Assembly (NCBI GenBank): GCA_046538485.1
Contig: JBKHIT010000028.1
Coordinates: 1-58,705 of the forward strand
Reading direction: 5' to 3'
DNA from: Candidatus Brocadiia bacterium
GTDB lineage: Bacteria; Planctomycetota; Brocadiia; SM23-32
Length of the DNA: 58,705 nt
Position numbers and translations under genes: made by a program. Of this stretch, positions 1 to 10,581 are shown in pieces. Numbering within the stretch: position 1 is the stretch's first letter; each line of letters begins with the position of its first letter. Below the pieces are notes generated by a model. It ran no database searches. It saw only the letters and a list, made by a program, of their open reading frames with translations, and had not been told where the DNA came from.

Positions 1-188
1 GAATGGATTTTGGTCTTGACAAACGGCCTCATAGGAGCCCCGGGCGATCCCGGGTCGTTGGGGGGAGCCCGGGGTTAGGGGTTAGAGGGGCGTGCCGGCG
101 GAGCGCGCGAACGATGTTCGCCGCGGCAAGCTTGCCGCGCTCGCCTCCGGCGAGGCGATCCGCCTCCTTCGGCTGCTTCCCGATGGTA

Positions 189-262
189 ACCCGGGGTTTG
201 TTCGGCCCAACAGCGGCCTCATTTCGCCCCGGGCTATGTCTGCGATCGCCCCTTCAGGGGCT
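189..262 (+). repeat. REP-like palindromic unit (family G)
   Basis: CCCGGGG...GCCCCGGGCTATGTCTGC-ATCGC-CCTT-CAGGGGCTC, with a close second copy at about 19613-19680. Confidence 0.7.
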
Positions 263-375
263 CAAGGCAACATAAGAGTAGAAAATGTGAGACCTCCCCG
301 CCGCGAGGGCGGGGTATATCCCGGGAGGTTTCAAAGACGAGGAACTGCTGCAACTTCGGAAACTGCAGGAGAGCT

Positions 376-532
376 GTAGGTCCGGATCGCCGAGCCGGAC
401 CTGCCGTTTGTCGTTTCTGCGCGAGCCCAACAGGTTTCTCGACCGCGTTCTGAACTCCAGCTTCCTCAGTGGAGTGCAGACTCGAGTTCAACTGAGCCCC
501 CACCAGCGGGCGAAACTGGACTTGAGGCGGAC
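376..532 (+). repeat. REP mosaic: GTAG hairpin, half of family A, family F
   Basis: GTAG-GTCCGG..CCGGAC hairpin; CCGCGTTCTGAACTCCAGC (443-461); GACTCGAGTTCAACTGAGCCC...GGACTTGAGGCGGAC (479-532), which recurs at 13927, 14986, 37128 and 50476. Confidence 0.85.
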
Positions 533-1024
533 CAACACCAGACAGAGCCTAAACCCGGTGGGGTGAAAAACTGGATCTTCAGGCCAAACGTAGTCCTCAG
601 CGGCTTTCAAAGCCGGATTATGGGTAAAAACCTTTTCTGCCCATCTCTAAAATACCGCCTGTACAAGTACTTCTGCTCAACGCAAATAGCACCGCTCAAA
701 GCAAGGAGAACTTTCTCTTTCCGCTGACCTTACTGTTTCTTGAACAAAGAGATAATTTTGATTAGAATACATTTCAGTAGTTTCGTTTAAAGGAAAATAA
801 TACCGCTCTGGCCGCAAGCAGTGTCTTTGTGGTTTGAAAAACCTGCTGGTTCCCGGGGGCAGCGGGGGGCGATTCTACGGGAACTGTGCGACCGATGGTG
901 AATGTGGCAATTCCGGCTCACAGATTGTAGAATGATTGTTAGAGGGTATATCCCGCGAGAAATGGGATATGCTTCGTGGAAATAGAGACAATTCAAAGTT
1001 GAGTGAAAAACAGGGCACCCCAAA

Positions 1025-4000
1025 ATGTTTGAAATTATGAAGAGACACAACAGGGAGTTCCGCCGATCAGGCTGGTTCTTGGCCATCTGTCTTCTGCTTG
1101 CGTTTCTGGTGGTTTCAGCTCATGGTGCGGGGGGGGAGCAGGGATTTTCGCTGGCGCTCAGCCGGGGCGACATTGATTTTGATGCGTGCCGGATATACGC
1201 GGACGGGAAAGGCCGAAAGGTGCGGGTCCGGAAGATGTTGCAGGCGATGGGAATCGAAAAAGTAACGGGGGATACCGAACACTGGTGGCGGCGCTGGTCG
1301 GCGGGGAAGGTGGGCTATACGGAATCGCAGAAAGGAATCACTCACGTCTTCCAGTACCGGATTGCTCTCAAAGAACCTGTGGAAATTGGATCGATTCTTT
1401 TTCCGAATCAGGAGGTTCGGATCCTGAAGGCCGATGCTCCTTACCCCGGCGACCCTGAGAAAAAGGAACACTGGCGGCGTGTCAAAGTGCCGCCGAGACA
1501 GGGACGAGTCAAGATCGCGCCCCTGCCGCCCGGCACGAAGACGCGAGCGATTCTGCTGACTGATCGTGTAAAACGCGGCCGCAGCTCGGCGCTGCCCCTT
1601 CGCCTTTACAAACAAAGGCTTTTTAATATTGCAGACCGGGCTCGGGTGCGCGCCAAAAATGAATACCACGTTCCGCGAAGCGAAACGGTCTACCGCGCAA
1701 ATAACCTGGCAAAAGGACGGGGGAAATGGCAGAACAACGGGAAAAATGACGACGGACTGGTCACCGGTCCGTTCATTTCGGACGTGCAACCGTCATGGTA
1801 TATTCTGTCGTGGGACAAACCGCGGGAGATCGCCGGTGTTTTCGTTCGGGACAATTTTTCGAAAGTCGTTCTGGAGAAATTCGAAGGGGCAGAAGGTATA
1901 TCGCCGCTTGTCGGTGTCGACCGCGAATGGCGCAGGGTCAAGGAGTCTCAGATTGCACGGCATGATCTGTATGTCAGGAGCGACTACGGACGCTGGGCAA
2001 TTTTTTCGCCTCCTCTCAAGACGCGCGGGTTCCGATTTCTGATCGAGAAAACCTGGGAACGATCGCACCATCGACGCGTGGAATCTCAGATCGCCTGGAT
2101 GAATTCCCTGCTGATCCTTACGGATTTGGAAGACCGCGAAGTCCCGCCGCCTGCCGATGAAGGTCCTCCTCCGCCACCCGTGTCGATCTCCTATGACGTG
2201 CCGGTGGCCGGCACGGTAAGTATGGCAATCGATAACGAAGAGGGTACGCGGGTGAGGAATATTGTGAGCCGAGCATCCCGGGAAAAAGGATCGCATGAGG
2301 AATACTGGGACTTGAAATCTGAAAGCGGGAAGTTTGTCGAGCCGGGTACCTATAAATGGAAAGGTATCACGGGCCCGAAACTGGAACTCGAGTACGAGAT
2401 GAGCGTTTATCCGAACGTCACGGTGCATCATCCGGACAGGACCGCGTGGCTGAACGGTCGCAGTGGCTCCGGCGGCTGGCTGGCGGATCATTCGCCGCCG
2501 TTCGGGGGCGATGCGGGAGGCGACCGGGTGTGTTTCACCTGTCCGGTGCCGGAAGCCGGCGTCGGGTTCATCGTCTGCGACCTCTCGGGAAAAAAACTCT
2601 GGGGTATCCACGGTTTTGCAGCGTGGAGCGGCGGCCGAAGAATCGCCTGCAACGGCAAAACAACCTATGTCGAACAATATCGCGGGGGACGCGACCGCAT
2701 CTGGGCGGTGGACCTGGAGTCTCAGAATGTAAAGACGATCATCGACCGTGGCCACAGTGAGAGACGCCGCCGCCGTATCACCGGCCTGGCGGTTCACGGG
2801 GACAGAGTTTTCGCGGCGGTTAACGCCCATGGCGCCTGGATTGCCAATGCGACGGGCGCCGACGCTGTTGATATCACGAAGTGTCTTCCCCGGTACAAGG
2901 AAAAACGCGAACCCCGCAAAAAATATGAAGTTGTGCCCGACCCCCGAAACGATTTTCTCAGATTGCTCCGGCTCAAAGGCACCCCGCCCGGATACGCCCC
3001 GGACCACGGTCTGACCTGGCTCTCATCCACGGAAGGGCCTGGCGCGCAGCAATACATCATGGTGGCGTTCAAAAAACCCGTCAACATCGGCAGTTGCGTC
3101 TATCCCGTACCACAGAATAAAAAATATGAGATCCGCCTCAGCCTGCTGAAAGAAGATGCTCCCTACCCCCCGGATCCCGAGAATCGAGATTTCTGGGAAC
3201 CTTTCGAGACCCACGGTGACCTGGCGTGGGATATTGCTCAAGCACCGGAACAGGCGCGGACGCGTGCTCTGCTGATACGGTTTGTCAAAGGCGGAACCGA
3301 CGAATTTTCGAAGGTGTTAAGAGACGAGGGGGGGGAGGGTAAGAAGAAAACCGGTTTCTTCCCCTCGGCTGACGATGCATCGGATTTCGGCATGGAGGGC
3401 GAGGAAGAAGGTGGCGGCGTGATGGGTGGCGGCCGTTCGTGGAAAGCACGTTTGGAAGGAATGCAGATTCTACGCCGCCGTTTCAAAAACCTGTTCGGCA
3501 GCTGCAAAGTGCGCGTCAGCTCCGGACACGTTGAGGAAACCGGCAAATGGGTGGCAGAACGCTCTGCACCGCTTACCGAGTCCAATCCGGCCGTCTATCT
3601 GATGGAATGGAATAAGCCGGTGGAACTGAGGGGACTGGCCATCAAGGAGATCGATGCGAAAGAAACCAGAATCGATATCTGGACCGGACCCGAGACCGGT
3701 GAAATTCCGCTTATGGGCCAGGCGCAATGGAAAACCGTCGATACGTTCGTGCCGCGACGTCGGATGGAACATGTGAATTTTGACGGCCATAATGCGAACG
3801 CTCTGTATATGAACGGGAAAGTGGATTTCGGAGAGACTATCCGCACACGTGCTGTGCGATTGCGGGCCGTATCTCAGTGGACGACCGAAACTCGCGAAGG
3901 AAGTTGCGCGAAAGGTCGTCTGCAGCTGGACCCGACGCGGTGCCGCGTGTTCGGGGTGGCGCCGCTCCAATACGTCGGGGGCGAAGTACCGGTCGATCCC

Positions 4001-6436
4001 CGAACCACCCAGCGCATCGAGGTCATTGACCCCAGAGCGAAATCCGACGAGAAAACGATCGTAAAAGAAATCCACATCCCCCATCCCGGCGATATGGAAG
4101 TGAACCATGAAGGCGACCTGTTCACAATTTCAGAGGGTCAGGTCGTGCGGGTGGACCTGAGCGGGGAGGGTCAGCATGAGGATGTGATAACGGATCTCAA
4201 AAATCCCAGGGCGCTCGGAATCGACCACGAGGGTAGATTTTACGTTTTCGATACCCATCCCGAACGAAAAGTCATTCGGGTCTACGATCCACGGGGTAAA
4301 TTCCTGAGATCCATCGGGAAGGCGGGTGGATATCAGCCAGGTCCGTGGGACCCGATGCGCTTTAACAATCTGTCGGCCGTGAGCCCGGCTAAAGACGGGA
4401 AGTTGTGGGTCGTGGATTCAGGATACTGGCCCAAACGCGTGGCATGTTTCACACAGGAAGGGGAACATATCCGGGATTACCTTGGTCCAACTCAATACGG
4501 GGGCGGTGGAGTGCTGGATCCCTACGAAAGGACCCGTTTGGTCTACGGGCCTCTGGAATTTGAAATCGACTGGGAAACGGGCAAATCGCGCCTGAAGAAC
4601 CTCCTCTGGACAAGGGGTGGCTGGCCGCGCGGGGAGATTCATATCAAATACAAAGGTCACGACTATTTCACCAACCAGCCTCCGGGAGCCCGCGGTTCTA
4701 TGCCGGTGGGAATGGTATATCTCTACGAAAAAGATCATCTCAAACCGGCCGCTGCGGTGGGAATGGCGGATGTGTTCTCGCCACTGGAAAAACCGGAGAT
4801 TGTGGAAAAAGCTGGCCGCCGGATTCTCCGCAACCTGGAGTTCATCTGGGCCGACCGTGATGGAAACGGCCAGGTGGACGCTCCAGAGGTGCAATTCCAG
4901 CCGCGCAACCTTTCAAAATTGACCCGTTTCAATCGGGATATGGGGGTCCAGGCCGGGCGATGGCGCTATGTGGTCGATAAAGTTCTTGATAACGGCGTTC
5001 CTATCTACAAGAAAGTGGAAACTCCGGTTCCGAAAGGGGGACAGGTCTTCCGGTTCCAGGACGGCACTTTTTACAGGATGGGCGGATTGTCCGGCGGGGG
5101 AGGTCCCGAGATGGGATTCCGCAAGGACGGGGCCCTCTGGTGGACTTACGAGAACGAAGGGGCCGGCGTCCAGTCGATCCGTCACTGCGGACCATACACG
5201 CCGGGGCAGGTCGTGGGACAGTTTGGACTGGCCGGTTACGCTGTGGCGGCCGGCGGTGATATGGGAGAGTTTTTTGTAACGCGGGCCAACCGGGGCTCCT
5301 GGTTTCTCTGGACCACCGACGGGCTTTTGGCCAGCCGAATATTCAAATCGCCCTACCAGAAAGACGATATTCTCTGGGCGATGCCCGAGAACGACCGAAA
5401 TATGGACCTGTCCGATGTGTCACTGAAACAGGAACATTTCAGAGGGTGGTTCTGCCGGTCGCTGGAAGATGATAAATATTATGCCGTGGCTGGAAAACCG
5501 CACGCAAGCGTCGTCGAGGTGAAAGGTATCGATGATTTCACGCGCATGGGCGGAACGTTGAAAATCACGGCCGAGGATATTGCGGAGGCGATCAAATGGG
5601 AGCGAAAGGCTGAGAGGGCAAAAGCCAAAAATCGCAATCTGCGCTACTACCACTGTTACAAGACCGATCAAAAAGTGCGGGCCGACGGTCGGTTGGATGA
5701 GTGGGAAGGCTATCCGCGGGCCCATATCGGCGACAACATGTCGTTCGTGATGTCGCACAAAGACGGCGCGTTGAACCTGGCCTATGAAGTCAGAAATATG
5801 ACTGACCTTGTGAACAAAGGGAATAAATGGCAGACGCTGTTCGAGACCGGGGCGTGTCTCGATCTTATGATAGGTACCAATCCCACGGCTCCCCCGGACC
5901 GAAAGGCGGCGGTCCAGGGGGATAAGCGCATTCTGATCACGCATTACAAAGGAGATCTGGTAGCGGTGATGTACCAACCCGTCTCGCCCGGTGCGCCGGA
6001 AAAATATGCATGGAGTATTGAGTCTCCGGTTTTCAAGGTATCTTTCGACGAAGTTCGCCGGCTTGAGGACGCAGAACTCGGGTATCGCCGCTACAACAAG
6101 CGGGAAAGCGATCAGTTGAGCCATTTCGTGCTGGAAGCGGTTATACCGCTTGGTCGTCTTGGTATTGAAATGAAACCAAACCTGAGGGTGAAAATGGACT
6201 GGGGGTATCTGCGGTCCAATAAACACGGAACCGACGTGATGGAGCGGATCTACTGGGCGAATCAGGCGACGAGCATCCTGGCCGATACACCTTCCGAGGC
6301 GCGTCTTGAACCGGATATGTGGGGTTATGTGCAGTTTCATGATCGGGTTTGGGGTATGGGCACGGGTCTCAATCCGCGGTCGATGATTGAGGATGAGAAG
6401 GAAGAGGAAATCGATCTGGATGATCTGGGGTTGTGA
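1025..6436 (+). CDS. Large secreted multidomain protein: duplicated beta-sandwich module, FlgD-like Ig domain, NHL/beta-propeller, C-terminal CBM9/DOMON-like domain
   Basis: 1803-aa ORF; signal peptide (..LLLAFLVVSAHG); FlgD-Ig-like SYDVPVAGTVSMAIDNEEGTRVRN..WDLKSESGKFVEPGTYKW; NHL-like PRALGIDHEGRFYVFD; ADGRLDEW at the start of the C-terminal domain. Confidence 0.85.
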   Translation: MFEIMKRHNREFRRSGWFLAICLLLAFLVVSAHGAGGEQGFSLALSRGDIDFDACRIYADGKGRKVRVRKMLQAMGIEKVTGDTEHWWRRWSAGKVGYTESQKGITHVFQYRIALKEPVEIGSILFPNQEVRILKADAPYPGDPEKKEHWRRVKVPPRQGRVKIAPLPPGTKTRAILLTDRVKRGRSSALPLRLYKQRLFNIADRARVRAKNEYHVPRSETVYRANNLAKGRGKWQNNGKNDDGLVTGPFISDVQPSWYILSWDKPREIAGVFVRDNFSKVVLEKFEGAEGISPLVGVDREWRRVKESQIARHDLYVRSDYGRWAIFSPPLKTRGFRFLIEKTWERSHHRRVESQIAWMNSLLILTDLEDREVPPPADEGPPPPPVSISYDVPVAGTVSMAIDNEEGTRVRNIVSRASREKGSHEEYWDLKSESGKFVEPGTYKWKGITGPKLELEYEMSVYPNVTVHHPDRTAWLNGRSGSGGWLADHSPPFGGDAGGDRVCFTCPVPEAGVGFIVCDLSGKKLWGIHGFAAWSGGRRIACNGKTTYVEQYRGGRDRIWAVDLESQNVKTIIDRGHSERRRRRITGLAVHGDRVFAAVNAHGAWIANATGADAVDITKCLPRYKEKREPRKKYEVVPDPRNDFLRLLRLKGTPPGYAPDHGLTWLSSTEGPGAQQYIMVAFKKPVNIGSCVYPVPQNKKYEIRLSLLKEDAPYPPDPENRDFWEPFETHGDLAWDIAQAPEQARTRALLIRFVKGGTDEFSKVLRDEGGEGKKKTGFFPSADDASDFGMEGEEEGGGVMGGGRSWKARLEGMQILRRRFKNLFGSCKVRVSSGHVEETGKWVAERSAPLTESNPAVYLMEWNKPVELRGLAIKEIDAKETRIDIWTGPETGEIPLMGQAQWKTVDTFVPRRRMEHVNFDGHNANALYMNGKVDFGETIRTRAVRLRAVSQWTTETREGSCAKGRLQLDPTRCRVFGVAPLQYVGGEVPVDPRTTQRIEVIDPRAKSDEKTIVKEIHIPHPGDMEVNHEGDLFTISEGQVVRVDLSGEGQHEDVITDLKNPRALGIDHEGRFYVFDTHPERKVIRVYDPRGKFLRSIGKAGGYQPGPWDPMRFNNLSAVSPAKDGKLWVVDSGYWPKRVACFTQEGEHIRDYLGPTQYGGGGVLDPYERTRLVYGPLEFEIDWETGKSRLKNLLWTRGGWPRGEIHIKYKGHDYFTNQPPGARGSMPVGMVYLYEKDHLKPAAAVGMADVFSPLEKPEIVEKAGRRILRNLEFIWADRDGNGQVDAPEVQFQPRNLSKLTRFNRDMGVQAGRWRYVVDKVLDNGVPIYKKVETPVPKGGQVFRFQDGTFYRMGGLSGGGGPEMGFRKDGALWWTYENEGAGVQSIRHCGPYTPGQVVGQFGLAGYAVAAGGDMGEFFVTRANRGSWFLWTTDGLLASRIFKSPYQKDDILWAMPENDRNMDLSDVSLKQEHFRGWFCRSLEDDKYYAVAGKPHASVVEVKGIDDFTRMGGTLKITAEDIAEAIKWERKAERAKAKNRNLRYYHCYKTDQKVRADGRLDEWEGYPRAHIGDNMSFVMSHKDGALNLAYEVRNMTDLVNKGNKWQTLFETGACLDLMIGTNPTAPPDRKAAVQGDKRILITHYKGDLVAVMYQPVSPGAPEKYAWSIESPVFKVSFDEVRRLEDAELGYRRYNKRESDQLSHFVLEAVIPLGRLGIEMKPNLRVKMDWGYLRSNKHGTDVMERIYWANQATSILADTPSEARLEPDMWGYVQFHDRVWGMGTGLNPRSMIEDEKEEEIDLDDLGL

Positions 6437-6465
6437 ATTCTCTTTTTGCCTTTTGTCTTCCTTCG

Positions 6466-6684
6466 TTTTGTGGTGGACTTACAGCCCACTATCCTTTTTT
6501 CTGCGTTGTTGCCCCAGGGCTCCGAAGGCCTTCAGCCCTCTGCACCCCGGGCTGCTATATTTTGCCCTTTCAGGGCAGGGCGCGCTCGGACCTGCCGTTG
6601 GTCGTTCTGCTGTTTTGTTGGGAGATCTGTCGGCTGATGAGCCGCGTTCTGAACTCCAGCCGCTGGCTGAAGTCCAGTCCGCTC
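6466..6684 (+). repeat. REP mosaic: family B and family A
   Basis: GTGGACTTACAGCCCAC..CCCAGGGCTCCGA..CCTTCAGCC..TCTGCACCCCGGGCT..GCCCTTTCAGGG (6466-6575); CCGCGTTCTGAACTCCAGC..GCTGAAGTCCAGTCCGCTC (6642-6684). Confidence 0.85.
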
Positions 6685-7037
6685 GCTGGTCCCGGCCCGC
6701 TTACAGATCCGCCGGCCTCGTCCGCCCCAGCCCGGATTTTTGGCAAAATAACGAGCGTAGCGGAAAAGTCGCAGGCAAGATGTCTGCGCTACTACAGCGG
6801 CGCTTCCCAGCAGGCCAGGCCGCGATGTGTTGGTCCGTTCAGTATGACACATCTTGCCTGTCAACGGCTCGGCTGCGAGGACCTCCAGCGTTCTCAGGTC
6901 CGGGGACGGGATCCGGGTCCGCCGGCACCAGCACCGGGTTCCGACGCCGATTCGCCGGCATAGAGTCTCGCAGGTTTCATGCCCCCATTTCCTCCCCGGA
7001 AACAAGGTGAAGCAAAAGAAACGGCCAAACGACAGAA

Positions 7038-7241
7038 CTCACTACGAACCTGACGTTGATCTTGCAGCTTGCAATAGCTCCGAGAACGTGCAAATCACTT
7101 GAACGTGCTCGTAGTGGACCGCTTCAGCGGTCCGCTGGGTCGGGGAACACACAAAGCACAGGATAAGCGAGAAAGCCTGGATTCCTGAAAAACGCAGGTA
7201 GCACAGGCTCTCCAGCCTGTGCCCCGGGTCGTCAGACCCGG
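7038..7241 (+). repeat. REPIN-like family D and family C
   Basis: CTCACTACGA...TCGTAGTGGACCGCTTCAGCGGTCCG (7038-7134; second copy 46721-46817); GTAGCACAGGCTCTCCAGCCTGTG (7198-7221). Confidence 0.85.
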
Positions 7242-7332
7242 ATTTGCTGTTGGGGACTCGAGTTCAGATCTTACGGTCCAATTTGCAACGGAACCGCCGG
7301 GCCGTTACCTTTGACGCCAATTCTGGATTGAG

Positions 7333-8970
7333 ATGAGGAGTCTGCGAAAAATGCCGGAAGCTGGTGACCAACCGAAAAACGAAGCGAAATCTCTTCCCGA
7401 ACCGGGGGTAGCGGAACGCATTGAACCTGACAGTGAACATCTCAGGCTGACCTTCGTCGAACTGCGGGACCGCACGGATCTGCTTGACGAAGTGGTGGCC
7501 GAAAATACATGGCTGCTGCACAGCCGCGACAGAGAAATGAAATTATGCGGCAACCTCTTTGTGCTGGAGGATACCGTTGGGGCTAAAGGGTGGATTTTCC
7601 TCCGCAAAGGTCCTCTGCCGCACGCCAGACCGTGGTGGCCGGGCCCCGATCTGAGGGTGCATCAGAAAGGGGCCCGTGGCTTCGAATTTGAACTCTTCGA
7701 TCTCCCCGACTCGGGTTCGGACAGGGGTTGGGAGGTGCTGGAATATTCGGGCGGACGATACGAAAGGTCGAAAGTTCTGCAGAAGTGGCAAAGGAGTGTG
7801 CGCCCCTCGACTGACGCGCACCAGACGCCGCGTTTCCTGACAAATACCTGGGGCGACCGGTCCCAGGATTCCCGCGTCTGCGAAAGTTTCGTTTCACGAG
7901 AAATCGACGCTGCCAAAAGACTGGGCGGGGAGGTTGTGCAGATCGACGACGGTTGGCAGAAAGGGATAACAGGAAATTCAGCTAAGGCAGATGAACTGGG
8001 CGGTCGGAGCGAGGCTTTTCGCGAGGTGGATCGCGATTTTTGGCAGCCGCATCCGGAACGTTTTCCGAACGGCATCAAGCCTCTCGTTGATAAAGCTGAG
8101 CGTGCCGGACTCGAGATCGGGCTGTGGTTTGCCCCGGACCCCGGAGACGATCATGCGAACTGGGAGGCCGATGCACGACGTATCCTGGAATTGCACAATA
8201 CTCTCGGAGTCCGTTTCTTCAAAATAGACGGGACGAAAAGCGGGACTTATGAGGCGGACAGGAATTTCGTGCGTTTTTACCGAAAAGTCCTGACCGATTC
8301 CAACGGGGAGATTTGCCTTGATATCGACGTAACGGGGCGCGCGCTACGGGTGGGCTATCTTGGCGCTGTAGCTGCAGGTCCGATTTTTGTCGAAAACCGT
8401 TACACTGACTGGCACGGGTACTGGCCGCACCACACCCTCCGAAACCTGTGGCAGCTGGCCCGATGGATCGATCCGGCACGTCTGCGAATGGAGTTTCTGA
8501 ACAAAAACCGAAATCAGGAAAAGTACGCGGACGACCCGCTGGCCCCCGTGCACTATCCGGCGGATACGCTTTTTGCGACCACCATGTTCTGCAACCCGCT
8601 CGGCTGGTTCGAAGTCAGTAACCTGCCGGAGGCATACTTTGAAACGGTGCCACCGCTGGTGGAAATTTGGAAATCACAAAGAGAGCAGATTTTTGGTGGA
8701 ACTGTTGTGCCGATCGGTGGTGCTCCGGATGGAGTTTCTTACACGGGTTTTGTTTCCCTCGATGATGCCGGGAAAGAAGGTCTGGGTCTGATCTTCCGGG
8801 AAGCCAATGAGGAATCGCGCGCTGTTCTCAATGTGCCCGACGTTGCTTCCAGGGAATGTGCATGTGAGATGCTGGCCGGCGGCGGCGAATGTGTGTGGGA
8901 AGATGGCCGCATTATTGCTGAGATTGCCGATGAGTTTAAGTACACGTTTTTCAGATTCTGGCGGGACTGA
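7333..8970 (+). CDS. Alpha-galactosidase-like glycoside hydrolase (GH36/clan D TIM barrel)
   Basis: NTWGD, VQIDDGWQ, ERFPNG, GLWFAPD and FKIDG motifs. Confidence 0.8.
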   Translation: MRSLRKMPEAGDQPKNEAKSLPEPGVAERIEPDSEHLRLTFVELRDRTDLLDEVVAENTWLLHSRDREMKLCGNLFVLEDTVGAKGWIFLRKGPLPHARPWWPGPDLRVHQKGARGFEFELFDLPDSGSDRGWEVLEYSGGRYERSKVLQKWQRSVRPSTDAHQTPRFLTNTWGDRSQDSRVCESFVSREIDAAKRLGGEVVQIDDGWQKGITGNSAKADELGGRSEAFREVDRDFWQPHPERFPNGIKPLVDKAERAGLEIGLWFAPDPGDDHANWEADARRILELHNTLGVRFFKIDGTKSGTYEADRNFVRFYRKVLTDSNGEICLDIDVTGRALRVGYLGAVAAGPIFVENRYTDWHGYWPHHTLRNLWQLARWIDPARLRMEFLNKNRNQEKYADDPLAPVHYPADTLFATTMFCNPLGWFEVSNLPEAYFETVPPLVEIWKSQREQIFGGTVVPIGGAPDGVSYTGFVSLDDAGKEGLGLIFREANEESRAVLNVPDVASRECACEMLAGGGECVWEDGRIIAEIADEFKYTFFRFWRD

Positions 8971-8975
8971 AGGAG

Positions 8976-10367
8976 ATGCAGATGAGCGAGAAAACGGAAC
9001 CTCTGAATATCAGCGGGACCTTTCCGCACCTTGGTGTGAAAGCGACGCATTTCCCCGCACGCACGGAAACCGGAATCGGGGCGCTCATGCCGTGGGCGGA
9101 TAGACTCTGGTTTGTGACCTATGTCGCGCATAAAAGCGGAACGGGGGGAGGGACCGGACTCTTTTACATCGATGACGATTTGCAAATACGCAAACACCAC
9201 GAATCGCGCGTCGGGACGTATGCCAACCGCATCATCCACACCGAATCCGATCAGCTGATAATCGGTCCGCATGCGATCGATGCGGAGGGAAATGTGCGCA
9301 CGTTTGAGGATCTGGTGGATGTGCGTCTTACCGCAACAGCCCGACATCTCGACGAGCCGGCGGACATGGTTTACTTTGTCGGGATGGAGGGTGAGTTTTT
9401 TGAAGCCAATGTGCATACGCTCCAGACAAATCATTTGTTTGATCTCTGCGAAGAACTTGATATCAGCGAGCGACCGCATTTCAAGGACGGTTACACGGAT
9501 CACGGACGGGTTGTGGTGGCCAACAACAGCTATTTTCACGGTGATTTTGAGCGCGGGGAGAGCAATGGGCGTCTTGCGGAATGGGACGGTGAACAGTGGA
9601 CTATACTGGCTCGAACACAGTTCAATACTGTAACAGGACGTTGTTCGGGCAGTCTGGGACGGGCGATATATGCGTTCGGGCAGGATCGCGCTTCAGCTCT
9701 TATGTATGTATATTTTCCGGAGACGGGATGGAATTTATACCGGTTGCCGAAAAGTACCAATACACAGGATCATGCCTGGACGACCGAATGGCCGCGGATG
9801 CGGGAAGTGGAATCGGAACGGTGGTTGCTGGATGCCAGCGGGATGTTCTACGAGTTGCCTGCAATGGGGTATCAAAACCAGATTCGCGGGATGGTTCCGA
9901 TCTGCCGGCATCTGCGGATTATTGGGGACTACTGTTCCTGGAACGGTATGCTTGTGATGGCCGGGGACCAGACGACGCCCATCAACGATAGCAATCCGTT
10001 CGTAGGCCAGCCACAGGCGAACCTGTGGTTCGGAAAAACTGACGACCTGTGGGATTTCGGCGGTAAACCATCTGGGTGGGGCGGTCCCTGGTGGGAGGAG
10101 AAGGTCGAGCCTCGCGAGCCGTCGGAGCCGTTTCTGATGAACGGGTTCGATCAAAAATGCCTCCATATTACCCACGAAGGGGGGACGGAAAGCCGGTTCA
10201 CGGTGGAATTGGATTTTCAGGGAACCGGAAAGTGGAACCGTTATGTGGAACTGAAGACCACTGAGGGATACGTCTACCATACCTTCCCACCAGGTCTTGG
10301 CGCTCATTGGGTCCGACTCGTGCCGCATGAGGAGGGGACGGTGACGGCGCAGTTTTTTTATACGTAA
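8976..10367 (+). CDS. Conserved hypothetical protein, probably beta-propeller-rich; co-transcribed with the GH36-like gene
   Basis: 463-aa ORF, AAGGAG RBS, starts 5 nt after the upstream stop. Confidence 0.75.
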   Translation: MQMSEKTEPLNISGTFPHLGVKATHFPARTETGIGALMPWADRLWFVTYVAHKSGTGGGTGLFYIDDDLQIRKHHESRVGTYANRIIHTESDQLIIGPHAIDAEGNVRTFEDLVDVRLTATARHLDEPADMVYFVGMEGEFFEANVHTLQTNHLFDLCEELDISERPHFKDGYTDHGRVVVANNSYFHGDFERGESNGRLAEWDGEQWTILARTQFNTVTGRCSGSLGRAIYAFGQDRASALMYVYFPETGWNLYRLPKSTNTQDHAWTTEWPRMREVESERWLLDASGMFYELPAMGYQNQIRGMVPICRHLRIIGDYCSWNGMLVMAGDQTTPINDSNPFVGQPQANLWFGKTDDLWDFGGKPSGWGGPWWEEKVEPREPSEPFLMNGFDQKCLHITHEGGTESRFTVELDFQGTGKWNRYVELKTTEGYVYHTFPPGLGAHWVRLVPHEEGTVTAQFFYT

Positions 10368-10581
10368 GCTGCTTCGCTACCACAGTGCCCCGGAATTTTA
10401 CGTGCCTTATCCCATTCCCTGAAACCGTGTGCAAGTGTGAGATTTCCCCGCCGCACGGGCGGGGCATCTATGTTGGTGTGTCAGCCGTCGAGTAGGTTGA
10501 AACATAAAGATCCCTACCACGGGGGCGCGGCTGTTCGCTGTTGTCGTTGGAGAAGATGTCACGATATCGCATGCAAGCCGC

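Noticed and set aside
6387..7102. ORFs in repeat-rich intergenic regions (also 10407-11051, 14139-15193, 24535-25059, 45614-46919)
   Set aside because: Translations derive from REP units and recur as the same pseudo-peptides (e.g. LRRPSAVCT, AQLNSSL)
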